From: an uncultured Gammaproteobacteria bacterium
GTDB taxonomy: Bacteria > Patescibacteriota > Patescibacteriia > Patescibacteriales > GWE2-39-37
DNA length: 64,000 nt
Direction: 5' to 3'
NCBI GenBank assembly: GCA_964443495.1
Contig: CAYUCS010000001.1
Span: forward strand, 213,496 to 277,495
The notes below the pieces were generated by a model. That model searched no databases, was not told where the DNA came from, and worked only from the letters and a program-made list of their open reading frames with translations. Of this stretch, positions 1-9,556 are shown piece by piece (the first letter of the stretch is position 1; every line of letters starts with the position of its first letter). The position numbers and the translations under genes were made by a program.

Positions 1-1
1 C

Positions 2-1042
2 GTCACGGAAACGGAGATTTTGTTTGTCTTTCCCCAAGTGGAAGAATACCTTTACGACTACGAGCTTCTGCTCGAGGATTTGCAAAAGAACGGCATCCAG
101 ATCATCGAGGACTCGGGAGGCTTTTTGGATTTCGAGCTGGACGAGAAGAAAAAGCAGAAAGTGGCCGAAATTACCGGCACCGCTAAAGATAAGAAGAAGT
201 TCGATATCTCCGAATTGTCGGCCGATTCGATCCAGATGTACCTGAAAGAGATCGGCAAGGTGCCGCTCTTGACCAACTCCGAGGAAATCGAACTGGCTAA
301 GCGCAAGGAAAAGGGCGACAAGGAGGCCGAACGCCGCTTGATCGAAGCCAACTTGCGTTTGGTCGTGTCCATCGCCAAGAAGTTCACCGGCGCCAAGGGC
401 TTGTCCTTGCTCGACCTGATCCAGGAGGGTAATATCGGCCTGTTCCGTGCCGTGGAAAAATTCGAATACCGCAAAGGCTACAAATTCTCGACTTACGCCA
501 CCTGGTGGATCCGCCAAGCCATCACCCGCGCTTTGGCAGACCAGTCGCGTACCATCCGCATTCCGGTGCACATGGTCGAGACCATCAACAAGTTCCAGCA
601 GATCCAGCGCCAGCTGATCCAGGATCTCGGGCGCGAACCGCTGCCCGAGGAGATCGCTTCGGAAATGGGCGAGGACATCGAGAAGGTCAGGCACGTCATC
701 AAGATTTCGCAGGACACCATCTCCCTTGAAACTTCCATCGGCGAGGACGAGGAGGATTCGACCCTGGAAGACTTCATCGAAGACGTCAAGAACGTCACCC
801 CTGATCGCGCGGCTGCGCTGCAGTTGCTCAAAGACTATGTCCGCGAAGTTATTTCCCACCTTAGCCCGCGCGAGCAGAAGATCCTGGAAATGCGTTTCGG
901 CTTAGTCGATGGCGTTGCCCACACCTTGGAAGAGGTCGGGCGCGAGTTCGACGTCACCCGCGAGCGCATCCGTCAGATCGAGGCCAAAGCTTTGGAGCGC
1001 ATCCAGAAGCATGAAGGCATCAAGAAGCTGCGGGATTACTAA
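2..1042 (+). CDS. rpoD: RNA polymerase sigma factor, sigma-70 (RpoD) family; 5' end probably truncated by the window edge
   Basis: The frame is open to the window start; the track ORF begins at TTG 20. Region 1.2 ([15 protein letters not shown]), region 2 ([53 protein letters not shown]), region 3 and region 4.2 ([24 protein letters not shown]) are all recognisable. Confidence 0.92.
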   Translation, partial: VTETEILFVFPQVEEYLYDYELLLEDLQKNGIQIIEDSGGFLDFELDEKKKQKVAEITGTAKDKKKFDISELSADSIQMYLKEIGKVPLLTNSEEIELAKRKEKGDKEAERRLIEANLRLVVSIAKKFTGAKGLSLLDLIQEGNIGLFRAVEKFEYRKGYKFSTYATWWIRQAITRALADQSRTIRIPVHMVETINKFQQIQRQLIQDLGREPLPEEIASEMGEDIEKVRHVIKISQDTISLETSIGEDEEDSTLEDFIEDVKNVTPDRAAALQLLKDYVREVISHLSPREQKILEMRFGLVDGVAHTLEEVGREFDVTRERIRQIEAKALERIQKHEGIKKLRDY

Positions 1043-1065
1043 AAAGAATATTCTCTATACGAAAT

Positions 1066-1091
1066 AAGCCCCTCGTTGCCGAGGGGCTTTT
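1066..1091. terminator. Rho-independent terminator, bidirectional, between convergent rpoD and the 1093..2346 gene
   Basis: Perfect 10-bp stem aagcccctcg/cgaggggctt with a 4-nt loop ttgc. A T-run follows on the + strand and an A-rich stretch precedes it. Confidence 0.7.
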
Positions 1092-1092
1092 G

Positions 1093-2346
1093 TTATGCGA
1101 TATCGAAAGGGCGGTCGACTATTATCCGACGCGCCGTTTCGATAAGGCGGTCGGCGGTTGGCCGGTCATGGGCCGACTCTCGTGCCTGCTTCAGATAAAA
1201 GGCGGCTTGCCTGCCCTGAGCGTAGTAGGGCAGTATGGAAGCTTGGCCAAGGACGTGCATGGCCTGGCCAATTTTGGCGCTCAGCTCTTCGGCCGACAGG
1301 TGGACCTTGTCCAGGATTTTGAGCCTGTCCGCGGCTTCGTTCAGGGCGTCGTAGATGTTTGTCCGTTTGGCTTCGAGCGCTTGCTTGCGTCGAGCGATGA
1401 TCGGAATGATGCGATCCAGCTCTGCCAGGCGGTCGGCCAGGCGGTTGAGCAAGGCAGACGTGCGTGCGGCTTGGGCGCCAGGGTTGTGACGGCCCAACGA
1501 GTCAAGCGGTTCAGCCAGATGTTCAGCTTGGCGCCGTGCACCCAGCTTTTCCGGGTTGCGGCTGCGCGACAGCAGTCGAGCGATGCGGTCAGCCAGCTCT
1601 TTGATCTTGCCTAGTAGGGTTTCGGGGTCAAGCGCGAATTTCCATGAAAAGATGGCTTTGTGGATCTCTTCGGCTAGGGATTTGAGCTCGTCCAGGCGGT
1701 GCATCTCGCTCGCTGTCTTGCCAATCTCGTTGAAGTAGCCGTCAAGGATATGCTGCTGCATCCTGATGGCGGCGTTGAGGTCGGCGAGCTTGGACTGAAT
1801 CTTGCTTTCCTTGCTTTCTGTCCGGTCCGTCCGACTGACGGCAAGCACGCCGCGTTCGAGCAGCTTGATGCCGGCCTGGCGCAATGCTTCAAAGTGATTC
1901 CGTTCGGAGCGGTGAAGGTAGAAGAGCTCGCTTTCGCGGTAGGCGCTCTCCTTGGCGTCAGCGAGGAAAAGTTCGCGCTCAGCTTTGGCTGGACTAAGCT
2001 TTTGTTGGCGGGCGAGCATCTCGACCCTTCGTCGGTACGGCTTCGATTCTTCGAGTGCTTTCTTAACCTCGCGGACGACCAGAGGAAGGTTCTGGCGATC
2101 GGGTGGGTGGCGCTTGCCGTTCTTGTTTGAGAAAATGGCTTCGACCCTTTGCTTCAGGCGAGCGTAATCGTCTCTGGGCAATTTAAAGCTGGCCAGCTTC
2201 TTGCCCGGAGGGGCGGCGCTTTCCCGAGTTTCCTTGATCTGCCCGGCAGCTGTTTTGCTAAAGGTAATTTGAATCCAGTCGCAAACTGTTACGATTTCGG
2301 TTACGATGCCACTTTCCCGCTTGACGGTTTTAATCACGATTTCCAT
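1093..2346 (-). CDS. Hypothetical cytoplasmic protein, largely alpha-helical or coiled-coil, with no recognisable family
   Basis: 417-aa ORF with charged heptad-like stretches (AERELFLADAKESAYRESELFY, LADRLAELDRIIPIIARRKQALEAKR). Overlapping alternative-frame ORFs are shorter and compositionally odd. Confidence 0.6.
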   Translation of the reverse strand: MEIVIKTVKRESGIVTEIVTVCDWIQITFSKTAAGQIKETRESAAPPGKKLASFKLPRDDYARLKQRVEAIFSNKNGKRHPPDRQNLPLVVREVKKALEESKPYRRRVEMLARQQKLSPAKAERELFLADAKESAYRESELFYLHRSERNHFEALRQAGIKLLERGVLAVSRTDRTESKESKIQSKLADLNAAIRMQQHILDGYFNEIGKTASEMHRLDELKSLAEEIHKAIFSWKFALDPETLLGKIKELADRIARLLSRSRNPEKLGARRQAEHLAEPLDSLGRHNPGAQAARTSALLNRLADRLAELDRIIPIIARRKQALEAKRTNIYDALNEAADRLKILDKVHLSAEELSAKIGQAMHVLGQASILPYYAQGRQAAFYLKQARESAHDRPTADRLIETARRIIVDRPFDIA

Positions 2347-2531
2347 AACCAGCTCCTTTCAGATAGGGTATTGGGCATAAAATGAGCGAAATAGCCTTTA
2401 TTTTTACCATTATATAGCCGATTTGTCAAAGGTTTTTCGGCTAGTCCGGGACACTATTGACTAGGCTGGCCAAATATCATAAAATAGCTATACCTGCCTA
2501 AAGGGCAGCTTTTAGTTTGAAAATTTCATAT

Positions 2532-2603
2532 TCCCGGGTAGCGCAGCGGTAGCGCAGTTCGCTGTTAACGAATTGGTCGTCGGTTCGAATCCGACCCCGG
2601 GAG
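2532..2603 (+). tRNA. tRNA-Asn (anticodon GTT), CCA not encoded
   Basis: Manual cloverleaf fold: acceptor tcccggg/cccggga, D arm gcgc-agcggta-gcgc, anticodon arm gttcg-ctGTTaa-cgaat, variable tggtc, T arm gtcgg-ttcgaat-ccgac, discriminator g. Confidence 0.9.
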
Positions 2604-2606
2604 CAT

Positions 2607-2648
2607 AAAACAAAAACACGCCTAAACCCTTGGGTGTGTTTTTGTTTT
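2607..2648 (+). terminator. Hairpin downstream of tRNA-Asn, a probable terminator
   Basis: 13-bp perfect inverted repeat aaaacaaaaacac ... gtgtttttgtttt, with a T-rich 3' arm. Confidence 0.5.
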
Positions 2649-2768
2649 ATATTTTGAGAGTCGGCCGAGAAGTCTGCACCCTGGAGCGTTAACTGGAGGA
2701 TATCTAATTTTGCATTTAAATGACTAAAATATGGTAAAATGTAGGTAGTATACTTATAAATTTTTTTT

Positions 2769-5057
2769 ATGAAATATCAATGCCCAATGCATCCCGAGAT
2801 TATTTCCGATAAGCCGGGTAATTGTCCGAAATGCGGGATGAAAATGAACCAAATCGAAGCTGCCGGCCACGACCATCATGATCACAAACATCATGACCAT
2901 CAAGAAAATCGAGCCAGTCATGATAATCATGAAAGCCATGCACCATACGAACAAAAAACGGATAATGAGCATGCGCACCACATGATGGACTCGTCGAAAA
3001 TGGCCTGGTGGGACAGGTTCAAAATGAGCATGACCATGACCATGGGTATGGAGCACAAAGGCTTGGCCGGGCGGGAAATGGCCAGGCTCATGGAAGAAGA
3101 TATTAAGCGCAAGTTTTATTTCTCCTTAGTTTTCACTTTGCCGATTATCGCATATTCGCCGCTTGGGGAGAAGATTTTGGGATTCAATTTACCGGTACCG
3201 ATTCCAGTGGAATGGATCATGCTGATACTCACCACCCCGGTATTTTTTTATGCGGGGTGGATTTTTATCTATTCGAGCTACAAGGCTTTGCAAAAAAAGA
3301 TTCTGAATATGGCAGTCTTGATTGCTATCAGCATTACCGCTTCCTATTTGTTCAGTGTTATCTTGACTCTGATTGGCTCCAAAGATTCTTTTTACGAAGC
3401 GGCCGCTATGTTGACCACGTTCGTTTTATTCGGCCATTGGATGGAAATGAAATCCAGGCGCGGCACGACTGACGCTTTGGCCGCTTTATTCGCCCTCATT
3501 CCCACGCAAGCCAGAGTAGAAAGGAACGGCAAGGAAGAGTTGATTCCTACGGCTGAGGTGCAAGTCGGCGATATTTTGATTCTAAAGCCTGGCGACAAGA
3601 TAGCGGTCGATGGCGAAATCACAGAGGGCGAAACCACGATCGATGAGTCGCTTGTTACCGGCGAATCTCTGCCGGTGGCAAAGGCCAAGGGAAATCCAGT
3701 GATCGGCGGGTCAATCAATCAGACAGGCTCGGTTAAATACAGAGCAGTCAAGGTCGGGGGCGATACGGTCCTGTCGCAGATCGTGAAACTGGTCGAAACG
3801 GCACAGAATTCTAAGGCGCCGGGACAGAAATTGGCTGATCAGTTTTCGGTTTATCTGATTTTCTTGGCAGTTGGCGGAGGATTGCTGACTTTCATTATTT
3901 GGTATTTTGTTATGGGCGAGTCATTAATATTCGCTTTGACTTTCGCCATCTCGACCGTGGTTATCGCTTGCCCTGATGCCTTGGGATTGGCAACTCCGAC
4001 GGCTGTGGCAGTCGGTACAGGATTGGGGGCTAAGCATAATATTTTGATCAAAGACGCTCCGACTTTGGAGCAGGTTTCTAAAATCCAAGCAATCGTATTC
4101 GACAAGACCGGCACCTTGACTGAAGGCAAGCCGAAAGTGACTGATATAGACGTAGCTGAAGGCACGACTGAAGAAGAATTGATTAGGCTGGTGTCGTCCG
4201 CTGAAACCAAAGCAGGTCATCCTTTGAGCAAGGCTTTGCTTGATGAGGCGGAAAAAAGAAAAATAGGTCTGTCGGTTAATGTTCAAAAATTCAACGCAAT
4301 CTCCGGACATGGCGTAGAAGCTCAAGTTGACGGCAAGCTGATCTTGGCTGGGACGGTCAAACTGATGGAAGACAGAGGAGTCGATATTAATCCGTTAGCT
4401 CAACGAATTAACGTATTATTGAGTAAGGGCAAAACTTTGATAATCGTTGCTATTGATAACCGAATCGCCGGCGTGGTGGCGGTGGCCGATTCGCCGAGAG
4501 AAACGTCCAAGAAAGCGGTTGATAGGTTAAGGAAACTTGGCATCGAGGTGGCAATGCTAACCGGCGACAACAAGATGACGGCCCAATCGGTCGGAGCCCA
4601 ATTAGGCATTGATCGGATTTTCGCCGAAGTATTGCCGGAAGAAAAAGCGAATTATGTTAAAAGGTTGCAGGATGAGAAAAAGTTTACGGCCATGGTGGGG
4701 GACGGTATCAACGATGCGCCCGCCTTGGCTCAAGCCGATATCGGCATTGCGATCGGCGCAGGCACGGATGTAGCAGTGGAAACGGCCTCCGTGGTTTTGA
4801 TGAAGTCCGATCCTGCTGACGTGCTTCGCGCTATACGCCTAAGCAAGGCTACGGTCGTGAAAATGAAACAGAATTTATTCTGGGCTTCGATTTACAATAT
4901 CTTGGCAGTGCCCGTAGCGGCCGGAGTGCTATATCCGACCTATGGCATAATCTTGAGGCCGGAAATTGCAGCTTTGCTTATGAGCATATCCTCAATTATC
5001 GTAGCTACCAATGCCGTATTACTCAAAAGAGCGGAAAGGCAGTTAATAGAAATTTGA
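2769..5057 (+). CDS. P1B-type heavy-metal-translocating ATPase (CopB/CopA-like) with an N-terminal Cys4 metal-binding motif and a His-rich tract
   Basis: DKTGTLT phosphorylation motif, TGES actuator motif, GDGINDAP hinge and MLTGDN are present. The N-terminus has CPMHPEI..PGNCPKCGM plus HDHHDHKHHDHQ. The transmembrane metal site reads CPD (codons 3969-3977). Confidence 0.9.
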   Translation: MKYQCPMHPEIISDKPGNCPKCGMKMNQIEAAGHDHHDHKHHDHQENRASHDNHESHAPYEQKTDNEHAHHMMDSSKMAWWDRFKMSMTMTMGMEHKGLAGREMARLMEEDIKRKFYFSLVFTLPIIAYSPLGEKILGFNLPVPIPVEWIMLILTTPVFFYAGWIFIYSSYKALQKKILNMAVLIAISITASYLFSVILTLIGSKDSFYEAAAMLTTFVLFGHWMEMKSRRGTTDALAALFALIPTQARVERNGKEELIPTAEVQVGDILILKPGDKIAVDGEITEGETTIDESLVTGESLPVAKAKGNPVIGGSINQTGSVKYRAVKVGGDTVLSQIVKLVETAQNSKAPGQKLADQFSVYLIFLAVGGGLLTFIIWYFVMGESLIFALTFAISTVVIACPDALGLATPTAVAVGTGLGAKHNILIKDAPTLEQVSKIQAIVFDKTGTLTEGKPKVTDIDVAEGTTEEELIRLVSSAETKAGHPLSKALLDEAEKRKIGLSVNVQKFNAISGHGVEAQVDGKLILAGTVKLMEDRGVDINPLAQRINVLLSKGKTLIIVAIDNRIAGVVAVADSPRETSKKAVDRLRKLGIEVAMLTGDNKMTAQSVGAQLGIDRIFAEVLPEEKANYVKRLQDEKKFTAMVGDGINDAPALAQADIGIAIGAGTDVAVETASVVLMKSDPADVLRAIRLSKATVVKMKQNLFWASIYNILAVPVAAGVLYPTYGIILRPEIAALLMSISSIIVATNAVLLKRAERQLIEI

Positions 5058-5058
5058 T

Positions 5059-5847
5059 TCAATCAATACGAAGACGCAGATTCCGAAATTTTTTGTTGTT
5101 CAATTTTTTAAAAATATTTAATAGAGTACGTGCGTTTGCTGTCGGGTTGATGGTCGAGTTGTTGAAGAAGATAAAAAGCTTTTTAGGATTGAGACCGAGC
5201 AGGTCTCTTGCCCATTTTTCAAGCGCGTCTTCCGGGTAAAGGGATTCGAACAGGATGGGGCGGCCATGGAAGCGGACGTAGGCCCAGTCCGTGGTCATGA
5301 TCGTCTTGGTCGGCCACTCCGGCGAGTCGGAGATGCAGAAGGCGACTTTGTTTTTCCTGAGAAGCGAGTAGGTGTCGTCGTTAAGCCAGGAGTCTTGCCT
5401 GAATTCGATGGCGAACATGGGCTGGCGCTTGAAGATTTTGCGGGATGACGATATTAGACTTTTAAGGAAAATTTCCAGTCTTTCCCGGTTGTATTTGGCG
5501 CCGGGCGGCAGTTGGACGAGGATCGGGCCGAGCTTGCCGTCCAGGGCGGCCAGGTTTTCCAGATCATGCTCCAGGACTGGGAGGCTTTCCTCGTCGATTA
5601 TCAGCCTTTTGACATGCGTTATGTAACGGAACAGCTTGGCGGCGAAGAGGAAGTCCTTCGGCGCTTTTTTAATCCATTTTTCGTAGGTCGGCCCGAGCTT
5701 GAGGCGGTAGAATGAGGTGTTGATCTCGACGGTGGAAAAATGTTTCACGTAGTAGTCGAGCCAGTCTTTGCTAGGTAGGTCTTTGGGGTAGAAGACCTCC
5801 TTCATCTCTTCGTGCTGCCAGCCTGATGTGCCGATATATAGTTTCAT
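5059..5847 (-). CDS. DUF72 (UPF0759, YecE-like) family protein
   Basis: N-terminal signature YIGTSGW...FYP...LxYYxxxFxTVEINxSFY. Its ATG overlaps the ligD stop (ATGA). Confidence 0.8.
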   Translation of the reverse strand: MKLYIGTSGWQHEEMKEVFYPKDLPSKDWLDYYVKHFSTVEINTSFYRLKLGPTYEKWIKKAPKDFLFAAKLFRYITHVKRLIIDEESLPVLEHDLENLAALDGKLGPILVQLPPGAKYNRERLEIFLKSLISSSRKIFKRQPMFAIEFRQDSWLNDDTYSLLRKNKVAFCISDSPEWPTKTIMTTDWAYVRFHGRPILFESLYPEDALEKWARDLLGLNPKKLFIFFNNSTINPTANARTLLNIFKKLNNKKFRNLRLRID

Positions 5848-8294
5848 AATTTTTCGTAATCGCGTTGCAATTTATCAATTGCTTGAAGCAGGTCGATGCC
5901 TTCGCCCAGCACCCCTTCCCAAAGATCGCCTACCTTCTTCAGCCGCGAGAAGATATTTTTCATATGGTAGTCCCTAGGCTTGAGCCCGGGGCGGACTTCA
6001 GACCACTTGAGCGGGGTCGAAACGGGCGCTCCCGGCAACGGCTTGAGCGAATAGGGCGCAGCCAGTGTTTGTCCGCGCCGATTTTGGAGATAATCAAGAT
6101 AGACTTTGTTTTTCCTGGAGCCGGGCAGCCGCGCCAGGCTGGTTATCTCCGGTAGCCGCCGGTTGACCAATACGTTGATGAGATGCGCGAACTCCCGGGC
6201 CTGCTCGTAATCGTATTTGGCGCCCAACGGCACGCAGATGTGAAGTCCGGTCGCGCCCGAGGTCTTGGGGTAGGCGGTTATGCCAGACCGTTTCAAAATG
6301 TCGTTGGTGGCCAAGGCTACTTTAACCACATTGTCGAAGCTGATGCCTTGGGGGTCGAGATCGAGAATGAGGTAATCCGGATTATCCAGGCTGCCGATGC
6401 GTGAATTCCAGGGATTGATCTCGATGCATCCCAGGTTGGCCATGTAGAGCAATGCAGCTTTGTCTTGGCATAAAAGATAGTTCACGGTCTTGTTTTCCGC
6501 CTCCGAGTAGAGCGGGATGGTCCTTATTTCCGGGGGCGCATCAACCAGATTCTTCTGATAGAATTCCTCTCCATTGATGCCGTTGGGAAAGCGATGGAGC
6601 GATTCAGGCCGGTCAATCAGGTAGGGCAGGATCACGTCGGCGATCTTGTCATAGTACTCTACTAAGTCGCGTTTGGCGTAGCGATCTTTCGGCCAGAAGA
6701 TTTTGTTCGGATTGGAGATTGCGAGCCCAACCCCGGTTTTTCTGGCGGCAAATTTTTCCGTCTGGGCCGGCAGTTCGCGTGAAACTTCTTCTGGTTTTTT
6801 ATCGTCCCTTAATCCGATGAAGATCGGGTGGCGCATGAAGCCATCCTTAGTCCATCCGGAGAGCCTGACCTCGCATACCAGCTCCGGCTTGACCCAGGTG
6901 GCCGGGGCGTTGGTTTTTGGCTCGACCAAAAACGGAGAGCGGGCGACGCGCAAAGCATTCATTCTTTTTTTCAGAAGCTTGAGGCCGCTTTCATCAAAGC
7001 CGCTGCCGCAATGGCCGACATAGACGAGCTTTTTTTCTTGGTAGACGCCGAGTACTAAGGCGCCGAAATCGGTGCGTCCGCCCTGCGGTGCGGTGTAGCC
7101 GCCGATAACCGCTTCTTGGGTTTTGGTGATCTTGATCTTCAGCCAATCGTCGCTTCTTTTGCCTTCTTCATAGGTGCTCGATAGGTTCTTCGCAATGATG
7201 CCTTCGATGCCGGCCTGCTCGGCGCTGCGGAGCAACAGGATGCCTTCGGTCTCGACGTGTTCGACATACCTGACGTCAGGCAAGATCGGCAGGATCTTTT
7301 TCAGGATCTCTTTGCGTGAATGCAGGGGCAAGCCGGCCAGGCTGCGGCCGTAGTAGAGGATGTCGAAGACGTAGTAGATCGGGAAGCCGCGGCCAGTTTC
7401 GAGATATTCCCGCAGCAGTTGGAAATCTGGCCGCCCCTTGCGATCAAGCACGACGATCTCGCCGTCGAAGATGACGGGGGCAGGTATTTTGCCCAATGAT
7501 CTTATCAGGCCAGAGAAGCGTTCATTCAGCGAAAGATTGTTGCGTGAGCGGATGTCTATCCGGCTGTTATTCAGGAAAGCGACAGCACGATAGCCATCGA
7601 GCTTGAGTTCGAAGATCCAACCCTCCCGCTTGAACGGTTTCTCGATCAAGCGTGCCAGCATCGGCTTGATCGATTTCGGCATCACCGCCTTCGCTCCTTT
7701 GCCTATTTCCGGCAGGTCAGGCATAGCTCTTCCCGGTACGATCCGGCCGCTTTTGACCGAGCTGTCGTCGGCTATCTCCAGATTGGCGAACTCATCGTCA
7801 GCCTTCATGAGAAGCCAATTGTTCCCATCTTTCTTCATTCGCGCAAGAGTGAAGCGTCCCCTGATCTTCCGGCCCTCGAGCACGAAGGTGAAGTCGCCTT
7901 TGTCCAAGCCGTAGAGGATCGCTTTTTCCGCCTCGGCTTTTGAAAGCCCAGGGACTCGGTAGGTTCCGGAATCCCAGACTATGACGGAACCGGCGCCGTA
8001 GTTGCCTTCAGAGATGATGCCTTCGAAATCGGCATAGCCGAGCGGGTGGTCTTCGACCATGACCGCGAGCACCCTTTTTTTGGGGTCTGTCGATGGCCCT
8101 TTAGGCACGGCCCAACTTTTTAGGACCCCGCCCGCCTCGAGCCGCAAATCATAATGCAGCCTGCGGGCAGCGTGCTTTTGTATGACAAACTTGAGACCCT
8201 CGGCGCTACGTTTACCTGAAGCCGGTTCGCCGGAGCGCTTCAAGTCCCTTTTTGTCTTATAAGCGCTTAGTTTCTTATCTGTGTTTTTTGGCAT
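5844..8294 (-). CDS. ligD: Multidomain ATP-dependent DNA ligase D (phosphoesterase - ligase - polymerase/primase order), NHEJ
   Basis: PE domain FVIQKHAARRLHYDLRLE; adenylation motif ELKLDGYRA; C-terminal LigD polymerase-like region (FWPKDRYAKRDLVEYYDKIADVILPYL...). 816 aa. Its start overlaps the ku 3' end by 20 nt. Confidence 0.9.
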   Translation of the reverse strand: MPKNTDKKLSAYKTKRDLKRSGEPASGKRSAEGLKFVIQKHAARRLHYDLRLEAGGVLKSWAVPKGPSTDPKKRVLAVMVEDHPLGYADFEGIISEGNYGAGSVIVWDSGTYRVPGLSKAEAEKAILYGLDKGDFTFVLEGRKIRGRFTLARMKKDGNNWLLMKADDEFANLEIADDSSVKSGRIVPGRAMPDLPEIGKGAKAVMPKSIKPMLARLIEKPFKREGWIFELKLDGYRAVAFLNNSRIDIRSRNNLSLNERFSGLIRSLGKIPAPVIFDGEIVVLDRKGRPDFQLLREYLETGRGFPIYYVFDILYYGRSLAGLPLHSRKEILKKILPILPDVRYVEHVETEGILLLRSAEQAGIEGIIAKNLSSTYEEGKRSDDWLKIKITKTQEAVIGGYTAPQGGRTDFGALVLGVYQEKKLVYVGHCGSGFDESGLKLLKKRMNALRVARSPFLVEPKTNAPATWVKPELVCEVRLSGWTKDGFMRHPIFIGLRDDKKPEEVSRELPAQTEKFAARKTGVGLAISNPNKIFWPKDRYAKRDLVEYYDKIADVILPYLIDRPESLHRFPNGINGEEFYQKNLVDAPPEIRTIPLYSEAENKTVNYLLCQDKAALLYMANLGCIEINPWNSRIGSLDNPDYLILDLDPQGISFDNVVKVALATNDILKRSGITAYPKTSGATGLHICVPLGAKYDYEQAREFAHLINVLVNRRLPEITSLARLPGSRKNKVYLDYLQNRRGQTLAAPYSLKPLPGAPVSTPLKWSEVRPGLKPRDYHMKNIFSRLKKVGDLWEGVLGEGIDLLQAIDKLQRDYEKL

Positions 8295-9054
8295 GTTCCA
8301 AGCTTTCCTTAAGTTTGATCATGATATCCGGAATCAATGTCGGGACTGGCATCTCCTCGGCCTTGACGCGGATAGGGTGTCCTTTGATTTTCTTGTCGAT
8401 CATGGATTTCAGTTCCGATGAGTAGGTATCTTTGAATCTTTTCGGGTCGAACGGGGCGGCAAGCTCGTCGATGAGCATGGAAGCGATCGACAGTTCCTTA
8501 TGGGTAAATTCGTCCTTTTCGGGCAGATCGAGTTCGGCCGGGCTTTTCAATTGGTCGCTGAAGCGCAGCTGGTTAAGCATCAGTAGGTCGTTATCGACGC
8601 TGATTGCCACGAAGTATTCCCGAGTATGCATGACGAACTTGGCCAGACCGGCTTTTTTTGTTTTGCGCAGTGTTTCCCTCAGCAGGGCATAAGTCTTTTT
8701 CGCCCCCTTGTCCGGTTCGATATAATACGGCTTTTCGATGTATTTCCAGTCGATGTCGCCTTTATCGACGAACTCGATAACTTCGATCGTCTGGCTTCTC
8801 TTGACGGCTACCTTCTTAAGATCGTCTTCGTCGATGACGACGAAGCGGCCCTTCTTGAATTGCAGACCGCGGACAATCTCCTTGTAAGGCACTTCCTCGC
8901 CGGTCGTCTCGCAGACCCGCTTATACCTTATCGGGCACATGTCCTTCCGGCTCAGGTAATGAAAATCGAAGCTCTTCTCCTGGCTAGCGCTATAGAGTTT
9001 TATCGGGATGTTGATCAGGCCGAAGCTGATCATTCCTTTCCAGATAGGGTGCAT
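8275..9054 (-). CDS. ku: Ku DNA end-binding protein (NHEJ)
   Basis: Canonical bacterial Ku N-terminus WKGxISFGLxNIPIKLYSA. 259 aa, immediately upstream of ligD. Confidence 0.9.
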   Translation of the reverse strand: MHPIWKGMISFGLINIPIKLYSASQEKSFDFHYLSRKDMCPIRYKRVCETTGEEVPYKEIVRGLQFKKGRFVVIDEDDLKKVAVKRSQTIEVIEFVDKGDIDWKYIEKPYYIEPDKGAKKTYALLRETLRKTKKAGLAKFVMHTREYFVAISVDNDLLMLNQLRFSDQLKSPAELDLPEKDEFTHKELSIASMLIDELAAPFDPKRFKDTYSSELKSMIDKKIKGHPIRVKAEEMPVPTLIPDIMIKLKESLEHAKKHR

Positions 9055-9528
9055 ATCGTTGATTTAAATATTTAGCGTCATTATCAAGGTACAAAAAAAA
9101 GATTAACCCCTCATTAAGGACCGGCCGGCGGCGCATCCGTAGTCGTCCAATGCACTGGATGTAAAAACCTCAACTTTCTGTCCTTAAAAAAGTTTCAGCT
9201 CAATTTGGCCGAGTAGACCAATCAAAACACCAACGACCCACTGCCGCGAGACTTGTTCCCGTGGCCTCTTTTTTAATCGGTCAAATTAAAAGAAAAAGAA
9301 AGAATCAAGATGGATAAATTTCCTTGGAGGGGTAATAAATACGCATCCTTAGAATTGAGTTACCGACTTAATGCTCAAAAAAATTCACCACTTTCAGTAA
9401 GTTAGGTTTGTGGCAAAATAATATAGTTTTAATTAAAATAAGTTTATATCTACTTAAGAACTCGTGACTAATATTTGAAATAATACTAGTATTAGCGTTA
9501 TTTTTTATTTAAGGCTTTATGATTACTA

Positions 9529-9556
9529 TTGACAAAAATGGCAAAATGTGTAAAAT
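9529..9556 (+). promoter_or_regulatory. Sigma-70-type promoter candidate for the 9701..11884 gene set
   Basis: TTGACA (9529-9534), 16-nt spacer, TAAAAT (9551-9556), inside a strongly AT-rich region. Confidence 0.45.

Noticed and set aside
2400-2760. tRNA-Asn as a possible integration site for a genomic island (the metal ATPase and NHEJ genes follow).
   Set aside because: There is no integrase, no direct repeat of the tRNA 3' end that I could find downstream, and no compositional break apart from ordinary AT-rich intergenic DNA.
5055-5061. Convergent stop codons of the ATPase and the DUF72 gene only 1 nt apart with no terminator hairpin.
   Set aside because: I noted it as a curiosity, since transcriptional read-through or antisense interference is possible. 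It is a common arrangement in compact genomes and there is no specific signal to report.
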